Below, piece by piece: positions 44,501 to 55,029 of a stretch of DNA of 64,000 bases (positions within the stretch are counted from its first letter, which is position 1; every line of letters begins with the position of its first letter). Under the pieces are notes generated by a model, which worked only from the letters and a program-made list of their open reading frames with translations, was not told the origin of the DNA and did no database searches. The translations under genes and the position numbers were made by a program. The stretch comes from Dehalococcoidia bacterium (GTDB lineage: Bacteria; Chloroflexota; Dehalococcoidia; SM23-28-2; RBG-16-64-32): NCBI GenBank assembly GCA_963665775.2, contig CAXXTF010000002.1, forward strand, positions 96,001 to 160,000, read 5' to 3'.

Positions 44501-45641
44501 GCACGGACGGGGACTCGGCGTCGTTCTCCATCGACGAGAACGGCTCTGCACGAAACGGATGAGACCCGAACTTGGTGCGGGCCACGGACGCGAGACATCC
44601 CCGTGGGAGGACGGCGCTCGGAGCGTGGCGGAGAACACGGCGGCGGGCGAGGACATCGGCAACCCGGTGGCGGCAAGCGACGCTAACGACGCTGCCCTGA
44701 CCTACGCCCTGAGCGGGACCGATGCCGAGTCCTTTGCCATAGACTCGGACACGGGCCAGCTGATGACCCTGGCGGCCCTGGACTACGAGACCAAGGCCAC
44801 CTACTCCGTCACGGTGACTGCCAGCGACTCAGGCGGTCTCAGTGACTCCATCGACGTCACCATCACCGTGACCGACGTGGACGAAGCCCCGGTGATTGCC
44901 GGGGACGCCGCACCAAATTATGCTGAGAACGGGACGGGCCCGGTGGCCACCTACTCGGCGACGGACCCTGAGAGTGCGACTATCACCTGGTCCCTGGAGG
45001 GTGACGACGCTGCCGACTTCGAGATCAGCGCCGGTGGCGTGCTCACCTTCAACGACCCGCCCGACTACGAGATGCCTGGTGACGCAGACGAGGACAACGT
45101 ATACGAGGTAACGGTGGTGGTCACCGACGGCGAGGAGCAATGCCGGTCACGCGGGACCGTGACGGTCAAGGTCACCAACGTGGACGAGGACGGGACGGTA
45201 ACCCTGTCGGCGTTGCAGCCGCGGGTTGGAGTCGCGCTGACTGCATCTCTTACCGACCCTGACGGCGGCGTCACCGGCGTTACCTGGCAGTGGGCCAGCT
45301 CCGACGCCATGGACGGGACCTTTGCCGACATCGACGGGGCCACGTCGGACAGCTACACCCCGGTTGAGGGAGACGCAGGCAAGTATCTCCGCGCCACCGC
45401 GATGTACACCGACCATCACGAAGAGGGTTCCGGCAAGAGTGCAGAGGCGGTATCCGACAACGCCGTGGTGGCTGGAGAGACCCAGGACCCCTTGCTAACC
45501 CGATATGACGCGAACAGCAACGGCGAGATCGACCGGGACGAGGTCATAACGGCCATCAATGACTACCTCTTCGAGGATGCCATCACCAGAGACCAGGTGA
45601 TAGATGTCCTAAATCTCTACCTCTTCGACTTCGACAGCTAA
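41537..45641 (+). pseudogene. Large cadherin/Ig-repeat surface protein with C-terminal EF-hand/dockerin-like domain, many frameshifts
   Basis: Signal ..VLAQE; repeated PDFENP, LDYETK, VTNVDEDGTVTLS, GKYLRATAMY; terminal RYDANSNGEIDRDEVITAINDYLF; start uncertain. Confidence 0.85.
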
Positions 45642-45693
45642 TTCAAGGGAGGAGGGGCATGCCCATAAGATAAATAAAGGGGGAAGAGAAGCT

Positions 45694-47777
45694 TTGTACA
45701 GATACAGAACAGCGTTGGCGGCATTGATTGTTGGTGTGATAGTGGGTCTGGGGGCGATGTTGGGCTCGGGTTCTTTGGCCGCACAGGATGCGCCCAGCGC
45801 CAGCCGGTCGTTCAACACGGCAACGGTGGCCCAGGGCGGGCAGGTGACGGTGACCATTGCCGCCAGCGACTACGGCCAGGCCGGGGGGGTCACGGAGACG
45901 CTGCCTGCCGGGTTCAGCTACGACTCCAGCAGCCTCGCCGAGAGCCAGGTCAATGAATCCGGCCAGAACGTCAGGTTCACCCTCCTCCAGGGGGACACCT
46001 CCTTCACCTACACGGTCACCGCCTCCAGGGCAACGGGGACCTACACCTTCTCCGGCGACCTCAGGGACTTCGAGCGGAAGGACCACGAACAGGTCGGCGG
46101 CGCTTCCACCGTAACGGTCGAGGCCGCGTCCGAGCCGACGCCCAGCGCCAGCCGGTCGTTCAACACGGCAACGGTGGCCCAGGGCGGGCAGGTGACGGTG
46201 ACCATTGCCGCCAGCGACTACGGCCAGGCCGGGGGGGTCACGGAGACGCTGCCTGCCGGGTTCAGCTACGACTCCAGCAGCCTCGCCGAGAGCCAGGTCA
46301 ATGAATCCGGCCAGAACGTCAGGTTCACCCTCCTCCAGGGGGACACCTCCTTCACCTACACGGTCACCGCCTCCAGGGCAACGGGGACCTACACCTTCTC
46401 CGGCGACCTCAGGGACTTCGAGCGTCAGGACCACGCGGTCGGCGGCGCTTCCACCGTAACGGTCGAGGCCGCGTCCGAGCCGACGCCCAGCGCCAGCCGG
46501 TCGTTCAACACGGCAACGGTGGCCCAGGGCGGGCAGGTGACGGTGACCATTGCCGCCAGCGACTACGGCCAGGCCGGGGGGGTCACGGAGACGCTGCCTG
46601 CCGGGTTCAGCTACGACTCCAGCAGCCTCGCCGAGAGCCAGGTCAATGAATCCGGCCAGAACGTCAGGTTCACCCTCCTCCAGGGGGACACCTCCTTCAC
46701 CTACACGGTCACCGCCTCCAGGGCAACGGGGACCTACACCTTCTCCGGCGACCTCAGGGACTTCGAGCGTCAGGACCACGCGGTCGGCGGCGCTTCCACC
46801 GTAACGGTCGAGGCCGCTCCCTCGGCGACGCCTACGCCTACGCCTACGCCTACCGCTACGCCTACGCTACGCCTACGCCTACCGCACGCCTACGCCTGGC
46901 CCAACTCCAACCCCGACCCCAACCGGCACACCAGAACCTTCTGAGACCGTTACCGTGGATGCCGATGCCGGTCAGACAGTGACCTCAGACACGGAGGAGG
47001 ATGGCGCCACACCTTCAGACCCCGTGGAGACCTCGGTCACGACTCCTAATGGGGGCACCGTGTCCATCGTAGAGGGACCTGCCGACGACGGCCCTCCTGG
47101 TGGCATTGAGTTCTTGGGTCAGCAGGTCAGTATCGAGGCTCCGTCAGCGAGCGCGGCTGACCCTCTGATAATCGTCTTGCGTATAGACGCCTCCCTCATT
47201 CCGCCGGGCCAGAACCAGAATACGGTTCAGGTGCTTAAGGACGGCGTCTTGGTTCCCGCCTGTACCGGCGCACCCGGTGTAGCCGACCCTGATCCCTGTA
47301 TCTCGAACCGGGCCCTTCTCGCCGACGGTGATATTGAGATTACCGTCTTGACCTCGGAGGCCAGCGTGTGGACCTTCGGGGTGTTCGCCACCGTTCAAGG
47401 CGACGTGGACTGCGATGGCGATGTCGACTCCGTCGACTCCCTCAAGGGGTTACGGCATGTGGCCGGGCTGTCCGTGAGCCAGAACGAGCCCTGCCCGGCT
47501 ATCGGCAGCGAGGTTGCCTCCCTGTTCGGCGATGTGGACTGTGACGACGATGTAGACTCTGTGGACTCGCTGAAGATTCTGCGCTCCGTGGCGGGGCTCT
47601 CAGTCTCCCAGATCGAGCCCTGTCCGGACATCGGTATTGCCCGTTGAGGTCACCGCGAGCAGCCCTGTTTCCGGTTCGCCGGTCTCGAGCGCAGCAGGGG
47701 TTACACCGGCCCTGGCGCTGGGCTTTCTAGGCATGGGCGGGCTCTGGGTTGTTGGCAACCGGTTGAGAAAGCGATAA
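45694..47777 (+). CDS. Secreted scaffold-like protein: three beta-sandwich repeats, PT linker, globular domain, dockerin, probable C-terminal TM anchor (frameshifts near 46870 and 47641)
   Basis: Signal peptide; GDVDCDGDVDSVDSL twice; removing one C near 47641 extends the frame to ...ALALGFLGMGGLWVVGNRLRKR*. Confidence 0.8.
45791..46817 (+). repeat. Three near-identical tandem repeats of 345-348 bp
   Basis: Units start near 45791, 46139 and 46484. Confidence 0.97.
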
Positions 47778-48471
47778 AGCCCTGAGGGCGATCTACAAGG
47801 CGATGGCTGGTGCCGAGTCCTGGCCGCACCTGCACTCCCAGGGCGAGTGATACACCTGCCGCTGCTGCGACTCCGTGACGTGCATGTAGATGGCTGTGCT
47901 GGGCGCGCTTTCTTAGCGTCTTCTACTCCGCGCTTGTGCACTAGCCTGAGAACGTCAATGCTGTCCTTGACCACCTTCGTCACCTCCTCACGTCATGCTG
48001 CATTCGTCGTGAGGATGACGCGGTGGTCTCCTTGTAGTTAGACCTCTCTTACACCACTAGCTGGGACTCTACTGCACCGACGCCCGATACGCCCGAGGTC
48101 TGAGTCCGAGGAGCTAGTACTTTTGCTGCAAAGGAAGATGACACGGGCAAAAATGGGTGATCCGCAGGAACCTAGATGGACATTTTCGCTGGACATCGAC
48201 AGCCTGCGGATACCGGATTCCTGGCAATACAGAAAGACACATGAATGCGACTCAGATTCTCTGACCGCTCCGATATCCTGCATCGTCTGCCGGAGTGAGA
48301 ATTCCTATCGAAAACCGCGAACCGCTGCGTCCACCTAGCGCTTGCCTGAGTACGATTGCCGATGGTACAAATACGGGGATCGATCCTGTGTGGCGTTGCT
48401 GTCGCCGGTCTCTAGGGTTAGGTTCAACCTTCATACCGAGACTTGGCCGCCAATCCAACTAGGAGTCATGA

Positions 48472-49623
48472 ATGGCAGAGCGTATATATACCAGGGGTGA
48501 GCAGGGAAGGCTTGAGCCGCTTGAAGAGGAGCCCTTCACAACTGAGGACGAGCTCCAGTCGCTGATCGCCGAGCACCCCGAACTGCTCGACGGCGAGCAG
48601 ATACGGCCGGGCGATCCCCGGCGCTGGCTCCTCATCACTCGCGAGAAGGGGATATCCGAAACCTCTGACTCAGGCGCTCGGTGGGCTGTCGACCATCTGA
48701 TCGTCGATCAGGATGCGGTGCCGACGCTGGCGGAGGTGAAGCGAGGATCGAACCCCGAGATCCGGCGCACCATAGTTGGGCAGGTGCTGGAGTATGCGGC
48801 GCACGCTGCGCGAGCCTGGACCGCGGACGAGCTACGACGTACTTTCGAGGAGTCGGCCAACGCTCATGGCCATGATCCTGGTGAGGTGCTCGGAAGACTG
48901 CTTCGGACGGATGGAGAACCGGATGCTGACGATTTCTGGGAGAAAGTGGCCACGAACCTCTCCGCGAGACGTATGCGTCTCCTGTTCGTTGCTGATGAGA
49001 TACCGGACCCCCTTGAGCGCGTTGTGGAGTTCCTGAACGCGCAGATGCCTAATATCGAGGTGCTTGCGGTCGAGATCAAACAGTTCCGAGGAGAGCGGAC
49101 ACAGACACTGGTCCCGCGCGTTCTCGGTAGGATTGCGAATGCATCCGCTCAGGCGTTGACCAGTAGGCGCCGGAGTCTCAGTCGAGAGACGTTCCTGGAT
49201 CAGTTTACTAGTGACGAGGCACGCAATGCCGCGACACGGATACTTAATGCCGCTAGGGAGTCCGGCGCAGTTTTCGAATGGGGACAGCGCGGTGGTGTCA
49301 GCGTCCGTGGGCACTGCTCGCGCTGGGAGCAGCCAATCACCGTTGCCTGGCTCTACTCGCCGTCAATGAAAGGTGGCGGCTGGATGCGAACCAGAGACTT
49401 CACTTTTGGAGTGGGCATACTCGACTATGATCCAGCACCAGACGAAGAGCTTGGCACAGTCCTTCAGAGGTGGGCGGACATCTTCCGTGACGATTCTTTC
49501 ACAACAGACGCTTCGAGCCAGGGAGTCACCGCGTGGTCGGTTGGCTATGACGCTGCTGCACTCCACATCGACCTATTGACGAGTCGCCTCGCCGGAGTAC
49601 TCTCTGAGTTGAAATCGCTGTAG
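48472..49623 (+). CDS. NucS-like PD-(D/E)xK nuclease-domain protein
   Basis: AGGAG RBS; EDELQSLI, AVDHL, LAEVKR, GQVLEYAA. Confidence 0.7.
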   Translation: MAERIYTRGEQGRLEPLEEEPFTTEDELQSLIAEHPELLDGEQIRPGDPRRWLLITREKGISETSDSGARWAVDHLIVDQDAVPTLAEVKRGSNPEIRRTIVGQVLEYAAHAARAWTADELRRTFEESANAHGHDPGEVLGRLLRTDGEPDADDFWEKVATNLSARRMRLLFVADEIPDPLERVVEFLNAQMPNIEVLAVEIKQFRGERTQTLVPRVLGRIANASAQALTSRRRSLSRETFLDQFTSDEARNAATRILNAARESGAVFEWGQRGGVSVRGHCSRWEQPITVAWLYSPSMKGGGWMRTRDFTFGVGILDYDPAPDEELGTVLQRWADIFRDDSFTTDASSQGVTAWSVGYDAAALHIDLLTSRLAGVLSELKSL

Positions 49624-49640
49624 GTACGTGTTGCGGTTTG

Positions 49641-50025
49641 TGTTGGCAACCAGCAAAAGTGAGACAGTTTGAGATCCGAGAGATCAGGGATCGGATTGAG
49701 GTCTTGTAAGCTCCCTGAGGGCCCTGTTGTGCTGCCTTCGTCGTTCGATTGCTTGGGCCTGCACCTCCTTCCTGCGTCGTAGGATCTCCTGCCTCCTTCC
49801 CTTGAGGACGTTTGACGGCGTCACGTTGCCCAGGGCTTTGTGGCAACGCCGGTAGTTATAGTAGCTGACAAAGGCCACGATGGCCGCTTACCAAGTCTGA
49901 GGGCATCTCATACGGCAGTTGGTTCACGTCCCGCTTGAGGGTCTGGTGGTAGCGCTCCAGCTTGCCGTTGGTCTGGGGGTGGAAGGGCGTTGCCAGTATG
50001 TGCTTGATGCCCACCATGCCCAGCA
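49641..50025 (-). mobile_element. Right-end fragment of the IS type at 10755-12280
   Basis: TGTTGGCAACCAGCAAAA end; orfB 3' part HPQTNGKLER. Confidence 0.9.
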
Positions 50026-50282
50026 TTGACTTGAAGGCGACGGCGTGCTCGCGCTTCCTGGCGAACCTCGAAAACTTCCAGACGAGTATTACCTTGAAAG
50101 GAGCGTTGGGCTGGGCGCCCTCCTCGATCATCTCCCTGAACTGGGGTCTGTCCGCCACACGGCCGCTCTCGGCCTCGTCCACGTACTCGCGGGCGACGGA
50201 GTAGCCGTTGGCCTTGGCGTAGTCTTTGAGCGCCCTCAGTTGGGCGGACACGGACAGGTCGACGTCCTGCCTGTCGCTGGAT
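50026..50282 (-). pseudogene. Serine recombinase N-terminal fragment
   Basis: Near-identical to 21885-22140 (SDRQDVDLSVSAQLRAL...AFKSML). Confidence 0.9.
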
Positions 50283-50319
50283 TGTCCTTGTGTCGTGTCG
50301 GGCCGGTGGAGCGGCTCCC

Positions 50320-50727
50320 TTACAGCGCATTTGAGCGTTCAGTCCCATAGATTCGCAGTTCCGTGTGGCGAGCAAGCACGTCAAAGTCGGCGTCGTTGTG
50401 CAGAATGGGCGCGCCAGCACGTATGGCGGTGGAAGCGATTAGGCAGTCTATCAACCTACGTACGGTCTCTCCTTGCCGCCGGCAACGACGATAGAGCGCG
50501 GCAGCATCGTCGTAGTCCGTCGCCAGGGTTGGTATCACCGCTGCCCGCGCCAGCAGCCGCCGAAGGCTCACTAGGTGTGACTCGTCCCGTGCTCCGGCCA
50601 ACACTTCCATCCCCACCGCATCGCAGACGGCAATCTCTTCCACCAGCAGTTCGTCAACGACATGGCACACCGTAGTTCCCGTGTTTCGCAGGAACTCTAT
50701 CCACGCCGAGGTATCGACCAGTATCAC
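50320..50727 (-). CDS. vapC: VapC PIN toxin
   Basis: ILVDTSAWI, EVLAG, IDCLIA, HNDADFD. Confidence 0.92.
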   Translation of the reverse strand: MILVDTSAWIEFLRNTGTTVCHVVDELLVEEIAVCDAVGMEVLAGARDESHLVSLRRLLARAAVIPTLATDYDDAAALYRRCRRQGETVRRLIDCLIASTAIRAGAPILHNDADFDVLARHTELRIYGTERSNAL

Positions 50728-50927
50728 GATGCGCGGTTGGAACGCATTGCGTCGAGGTCGCCCTCCCATCCGATACCTCGAAGAGAGCGGGCTTCATCGA
50801 CAGAGGCGGGCTCGGCCGCCAGCATCCGCAGCGCGAGGTTGATCGCCTCGCGCTTGGTAGCGAGCCGGTAACGCCGCATGACCTCGGCGCACGCCTGATC
50901 GTCAATGTCCACGTTGGTGCGTGCCAT
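50724..50927 (-). CDS. vapB: VapB antitoxin
   Basis: RTNVDIDD...TKREAINLALR...GWEGDLDAMR; GTGA overlap. Confidence 0.9.
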   Translation of the reverse strand: MARTNVDIDDQACAEVMRRYRLATKREAINLALRMLAAEPASVDEARSLRGIGWEGDLDAMRSNRAS

Positions 50928-51396
50928 GCACGTATCATACACCCGAAGGTGAAGGCTGGCAAGCCCTCCTACGTGAGCAGACGCCACACCATAAGGATGC
51001 TGACCCCAGCAGGGCGAACAACATGGCGGCCGCCAGGCCCAGACTGAGAGCCAATCGTCTCGTCCTCCCGTGCGCAGCGCGCTCCTTGCGATACGCCTCC
51101 GTCACCTCCTCGTATGCGTCTTCGCTGGCGGATGCGGCGTCCCTGGCCTCGTCCCGTTCCCGCTCCAACTCCGATGCCGTCCGCTCCAGTCCCCGCACGG
51201 TCCGCTCAAGGTCTGATCTTGGACTGGGTGAGCAGGTTCGGGTCGAACCGTCGTGAGCGCAACTGATTTGAGGCTGAGTCATAGCGACAGTTGCGGGTAC
51301 CCTATAGCATACGGAACCGATAGAATCTCCGAGAGGCCAATAGCAATGCAAGATTTACGAGACTCTTCAGGAAGGTAGATCCAGTTTCCGAGAACC

Positions 51397-51636
51397 ATGC
51401 CCTCTAGGATTGATTGGACAGACGAAACGTGGAACCCCGTAACCGGTTGCACTCGCGTATCTCCGGGGTGTGACCATTGCTACATGTTCTCGCTCTATCC
51501 ACGCTTGAAAGCGATGGCGGTCCCCGGTTACGAGTCGGCACCGGATGAGGTTCAGTTGCAGCCCCAAAGGTTGGGTGCACCGTTGTCGTGGCAAACGCCG
51601 CGCCGCATCTTCGTCAACAGCATGGCGGACCGATAG
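51397..51636 (+). pseudogene. DUF5131 (phage Gp37/Gp68) N-terminal fragment
   Basis: IDWTDETWNPVTGCTRVSPGCDHCY...IFVNSM. Confidence 0.85.
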
Positions 51637-51667
51637 TTCCTGCGCAGGCTGTAACCCGAGCCGCCGC

Positions 51668-52566
51668 CTAGGGTGCTGACCCCTCCCCCTGGATGATGGT
51701 GGGAATGCCGCAGGTTTCCTGGGCCGCCATTATCTCGGCCACCGCCATCATCATTTCCGGCGATGGTGTGGGCGGCGCCGCGCTCGACTCCAGGTCGGCA
51801 AGGTCGGCAAAGGCCTGGTAGATGATGAACAGGTTCTCCAGGTCCGTCTGCTCGGCTACGCAGCGTAGTTGGGAGGGCAAAGGAAGTGCGTCTTCTTCCG
51901 GAACAGGTCCCGACATGGCTTGCGCTTCTTCGTCGGTCAGGCAGAGCAGCATGGTTATAAAGGAGCGCAAGGAGTCTGTCTCGCTCATCGTCTCGCCCGG
52001 CACCCCGAGCTCTGCGAAAACGTCCTTGATGCAGGCCTGGCTATCATCGGACAGCCCGCCCGCCTGGAGCGACATCATGGCTACGCTCAGGTCGATGGCG
52101 TTGTCCGGCTCCAGGCATTGCAGTGGGAACGTATCGAATCCCATGGCACTCTCGGACAGGGTCAGGTCCTGCATAGCTTCGTAGCTCGCGTCCCCTATCG
52201 CAGCGCGCAGGCAGTCGGCTTCACCTTCGGAAAGCGACGCGATCAGTTCGGCCCCCGTGGTGGTCTCGTCGATATCGCTCAGAGACATCATTGCGGGGGC
52301 TGCGGTGGGATCGGGGGCCGGCGCTGGTGGGCCGGCGCTGCGGTGGGATCGGGGGCCGGCGCTGCGGTGGGATCGGGGGCTGCGGTGGGATCGGGGGCGC
52401 GGTGCGGTCGGCGATCGGGGGCTGCGGTGGGATCGGGGGTCGGCGCTGCGGTGGGATCGGGGGCTGCGGTGGGATCGGGGGTCGGCGCTGCGGACTCGCC
52501 GCACGCCGCGAAAACCAAAGCCCCCGCCACCAGCGCTACCAGCAGTACGGCAAGGGTTTTTGGCAC
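51668..52566 (-). CDS. Cys-rich acidic lipoprotein, paralog 2, with a PDPTAA-repeat linker (frameshifted in the repeat)
   Basis: Lipobox VFAAC; repeat linker; mature domain as in 12627-13238. Confidence 0.8.
52295..52492. repeat. 18/24-bp tandem repeat (GCTGCGGTGGGATCGGGG core)
   Basis: Several exact and corrupted units visible. Confidence 0.9.
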
Positions 52567-52647
52567 ACAAGTATATAATTCCCTAATTTTACTCCCGCCC
52601 CTAGCACGCATAAAAGTAATTTGAAACCCGATCTCAGTCAATCCCCA

Positions 52648-52809
52648 TTATCTAGCGCTTAGAGCGCGCCTGTCAATTCGACCGCTTTCCGTGAGCTTCA
52701 AGCTGATAATCCGGCCATCTTTAATGTCGATGGCTAGATTGCCAGTACCGCCAGTCCCTAGTAGGGCGGCGAGTCTCTGTCGTATCTCGGCGGGAAGCGC
52801 GTCCTGCAT
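52648..52809 (-). CDS. Small DUF2292/YezD-like protein
   Basis: GGAGGAG RBS; GNLAIDIKDGRIISL pattern. Confidence 0.45.
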   Translation of the reverse strand: MQDALPAEIRQRLAALLGTGGTGNLAIDIKDGRIISLKLTESGRIDRRALSAR

Positions 52810-52939
52810 CACTCCTCCGTTACCGGTGCAAGCATCGCTGGATCGCCCCCTAACAGCTGCCAAGCCTGCTCGCGGGACACGCCGGCGTCGATCAACTCCG
52901 CCCCACATCCAGGTCGCCGCCCCGCGTCCAGCCGAGCAT

Positions 52940-53260
52940 CGTGTAGGCGGCGCCCCAGAAGGCCCGCAGCGCTGGCGGCTCCTGCGGCCGCCGCGTCTGG
53001 TCGTCCCTGAGGACGATCTCCATGGTCAGCGACGAGATCTCGTCCGCGAGGACGGTGTTGGCGATCCAGATCGCCGCTACGCGCAGCGAGCCGGCCTCGT
53101 CCACTGCCTGGCCCGACTTGGTCGGCCTGCCGTCGACGTGGGAGATCAGTCCATTGACGCCGCTGAAGGCAGGGAACGCCCCACTGCCGAGCTTGATGAT
53201 GTTGAACGCCTTGGCCAGGGCCGGCATCACGAGCTTCCTTGATTGGCGACGAGGATGAGA
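52940..53260 (-). pseudogene. HK97-type phage portal N-terminal fragment
   Basis: SGQAVDEAGSLRVAAIWIANTVLADEISSL resembles portal N-termini. Confidence 0.5.
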
Positions 53261-53291
53261 TAGGCGCCGACGATCACGAGGCTCAGCGCCG

Positions 53292-53617
53292 CGGACCTGG
53301 CTAGAGCGGGTAGGCGTGCAGACTCTGTATATCGAGCCCGGGAGCCCCTGGGAGAACGGCTACATCGAGTCGTTCAATGGGAAGCTACGTGATGAACTAT
53401 TGAATGGGGAGGTGTTCGACACGGTGCTGGAAGCACAGGTCCTCTGCGAGCGGTGGCGACGGAACTACAACGAGGTGTGCCCGCATAGCGCTCTCGGCTA
53501 CCGGCCGTCAGCACCGCAAGCGATCGTGCCATGGCCGGGCTCCACCGCGCCATCCCTGGAGACTACGGCGATGGCCACACTAACATAGCCTGTGGTAGCG
53601 TTTAGGGGGGCAGGTCA
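53292..53617 (+). mobile_element. IS3-family copy 3, 3' fragment
   Basis: Near-identical to 15326-15651. Confidence 0.95.
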
Positions 53618-53794
53618 CAAAAGGTGCGCTGATCGCCGCGGTGTGGTACGGTTTGCTTGTCAACACGCGATCCTCGAGCCGCACGTTGCAAGAAGCGGAA
53701 CAGCGGCGGAAGCAGTTGATCGATAATCTACCAGCCTTCAGCTTCGATGCGCGGAAGGCCTGTGACAATTCATAGTGAGAAGTGAGGTATCCTG

Positions 53795-54841
53795 ATGTAT
53801 AAGACGCTCATTCTGTTTGCGGTTTTGACCGCTGCCATCTTTATCATGACTGCCTGCTCTACGGGGACTATGAGCAGCCGACTAGACACCGTAAAAGAAC
53901 GCGGCACCCTCATCTGTGCCAGCTCCAACAGTCTTCCCGGCTTCGGTTTCATTGATGAGTCTGGTAACACCAGGGGATTTGACATTGACCTCTGCCGGGC
54001 GGTAGCCGCCGCTGTCCTGGGCAACGCCGACGCGGTGGAGTTCCGCCCTACTACCGCTGCTGAACGGGGTCCGGCGATGCAGTCCGGCGAAGTGGATATG
54101 ATGTCCCGCAACACCACCTGGACCACTTCCCGCGATGGCCAGTGGGGCAACTTTGCCCAGACCATGTTCTACGACGGCCAAGGCTTCATGGTGCCGAAGA
54201 GCCTGGGGCTTTCCACGCTGACTGACCTGAGAGATGCCAAGATATGCGTGCTGCAGGGAACTACCACCGAGCTTAACCTGCAGGACTTCAGCAACCAGAA
54301 CAACATGAACTTCGGCATTGTTACCTTCCCAGATGACATTTCCACCAGGGAAGCGTACCTGAGTGGGCAGTGCAACTCTCTCACCACCGACCACTCCGCG
54401 TTGGTCAGCGCCCTGGCTGGTTTCACCAACCCGGACGAACATATTATCCTGCCCGGCACTATTTCCGAAGAGCCGCTGGGGCCGGTGGTTCCCCACGGTG
54501 ATGAGCAGTGGTACGATATAGTGAAGACCGTAATGGCCATTCTCATCTACGCCGAGGCCTATGGCATTACCTCTGACAGCGTTCCCACCACTGCCACCGG
54601 TGCCTCTGCTGTTGACCGGATGCTTGGATTCACAGGTTCTTATGGCCAGGAGACTATGGGGCTTAGTGATACCGTGGCCCAGGATGTAATCAAGGAAGTC
54701 GGTAACTACGGCGAAATTTACGACCGCCACCTGACCCCTCTGGGACTGGATCGGGAAGGCAGCCGCAACGCCCTATGGAGCACCGCCCCTTGCACAGACT
54801 GCTTTAAGGGTGGGCAGATTTACGCAGCGCCTTTGCGCTAA
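53795..54841 (+). CDS. aapJ: General L-amino acid ABC transporter substrate-binding protein
   Basis: GFDIDLCRAVAAAV, SRNTTWT, FYDGQGF, ISEEPLGP, VGNYGEIY. Confidence 0.92.
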   Translation: MYKTLILFAVLTAAIFIMTACSTGTMSSRLDTVKERGTLICASSNSLPGFGFIDESGNTRGFDIDLCRAVAAAVLGNADAVEFRPTTAAERGPAMQSGEVDMMSRNTTWTTSRDGQWGNFAQTMFYDGQGFMVPKSLGLSTLTDLRDAKICVLQGTTTELNLQDFSNQNNMNFGIVTFPDDISTREAYLSGQCNSLTTDHSALVSALAGFTNPDEHIILPGTISEEPLGPVVPHGDEQWYDIVKTVMAILIYAEAYGITSDSVPTTATGASAVDRMLGFTGSYGQETMGLSDTVAQDVIKEVGNYGEIYDRHLTPLGLDREGSRNALWSTAPCTDCFKGGQIYAAPLR

Positions 54842-54902
54842 CGACTCAACGGCTTGTGAACTACTAAAGTGATATTTAGTGATATTGGAAGGGATAGCGG
54901 AT

Positions 54903-54933
54903 GGGACGGATGGCTCAGGCTGTCTGTCCCTTT
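54903..54933 (+). terminator. Intergenic hairpin with a short U tail (attenuator or stabiliser)
   Basis: GGGACGGATGGC-TCAG-GCTGTCTGTCCC-TTT (with G-U pairs). Confidence 0.45.
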
Positions 54934-55029
54934 GCACCCGGGAGAGGACTAAAGGACGGATTTAAGAGCGTAAAAGGTCGTTGGCGGGCTGTAATCTGGC
55001 CTTCGTAGTGGGGGAGAGCCCTAGTCTCG

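Noticed and set aside
41900-44580. Internal duplications and dense indels as programmed variation of the adhesin
   Set aside because: Exact duplicate blocks (about 41925-42080 vs 43890-44053; 42330-42655 vs 44225-44535) with scattered indels look like low-quality repeat consensus; cannot be called biological without reads.
52295-52492. Possible CRISPR array
   Set aside because: Repeats are contiguous with no unique spacers and encode a Pro/Thr/Ala linker; no cas genes.
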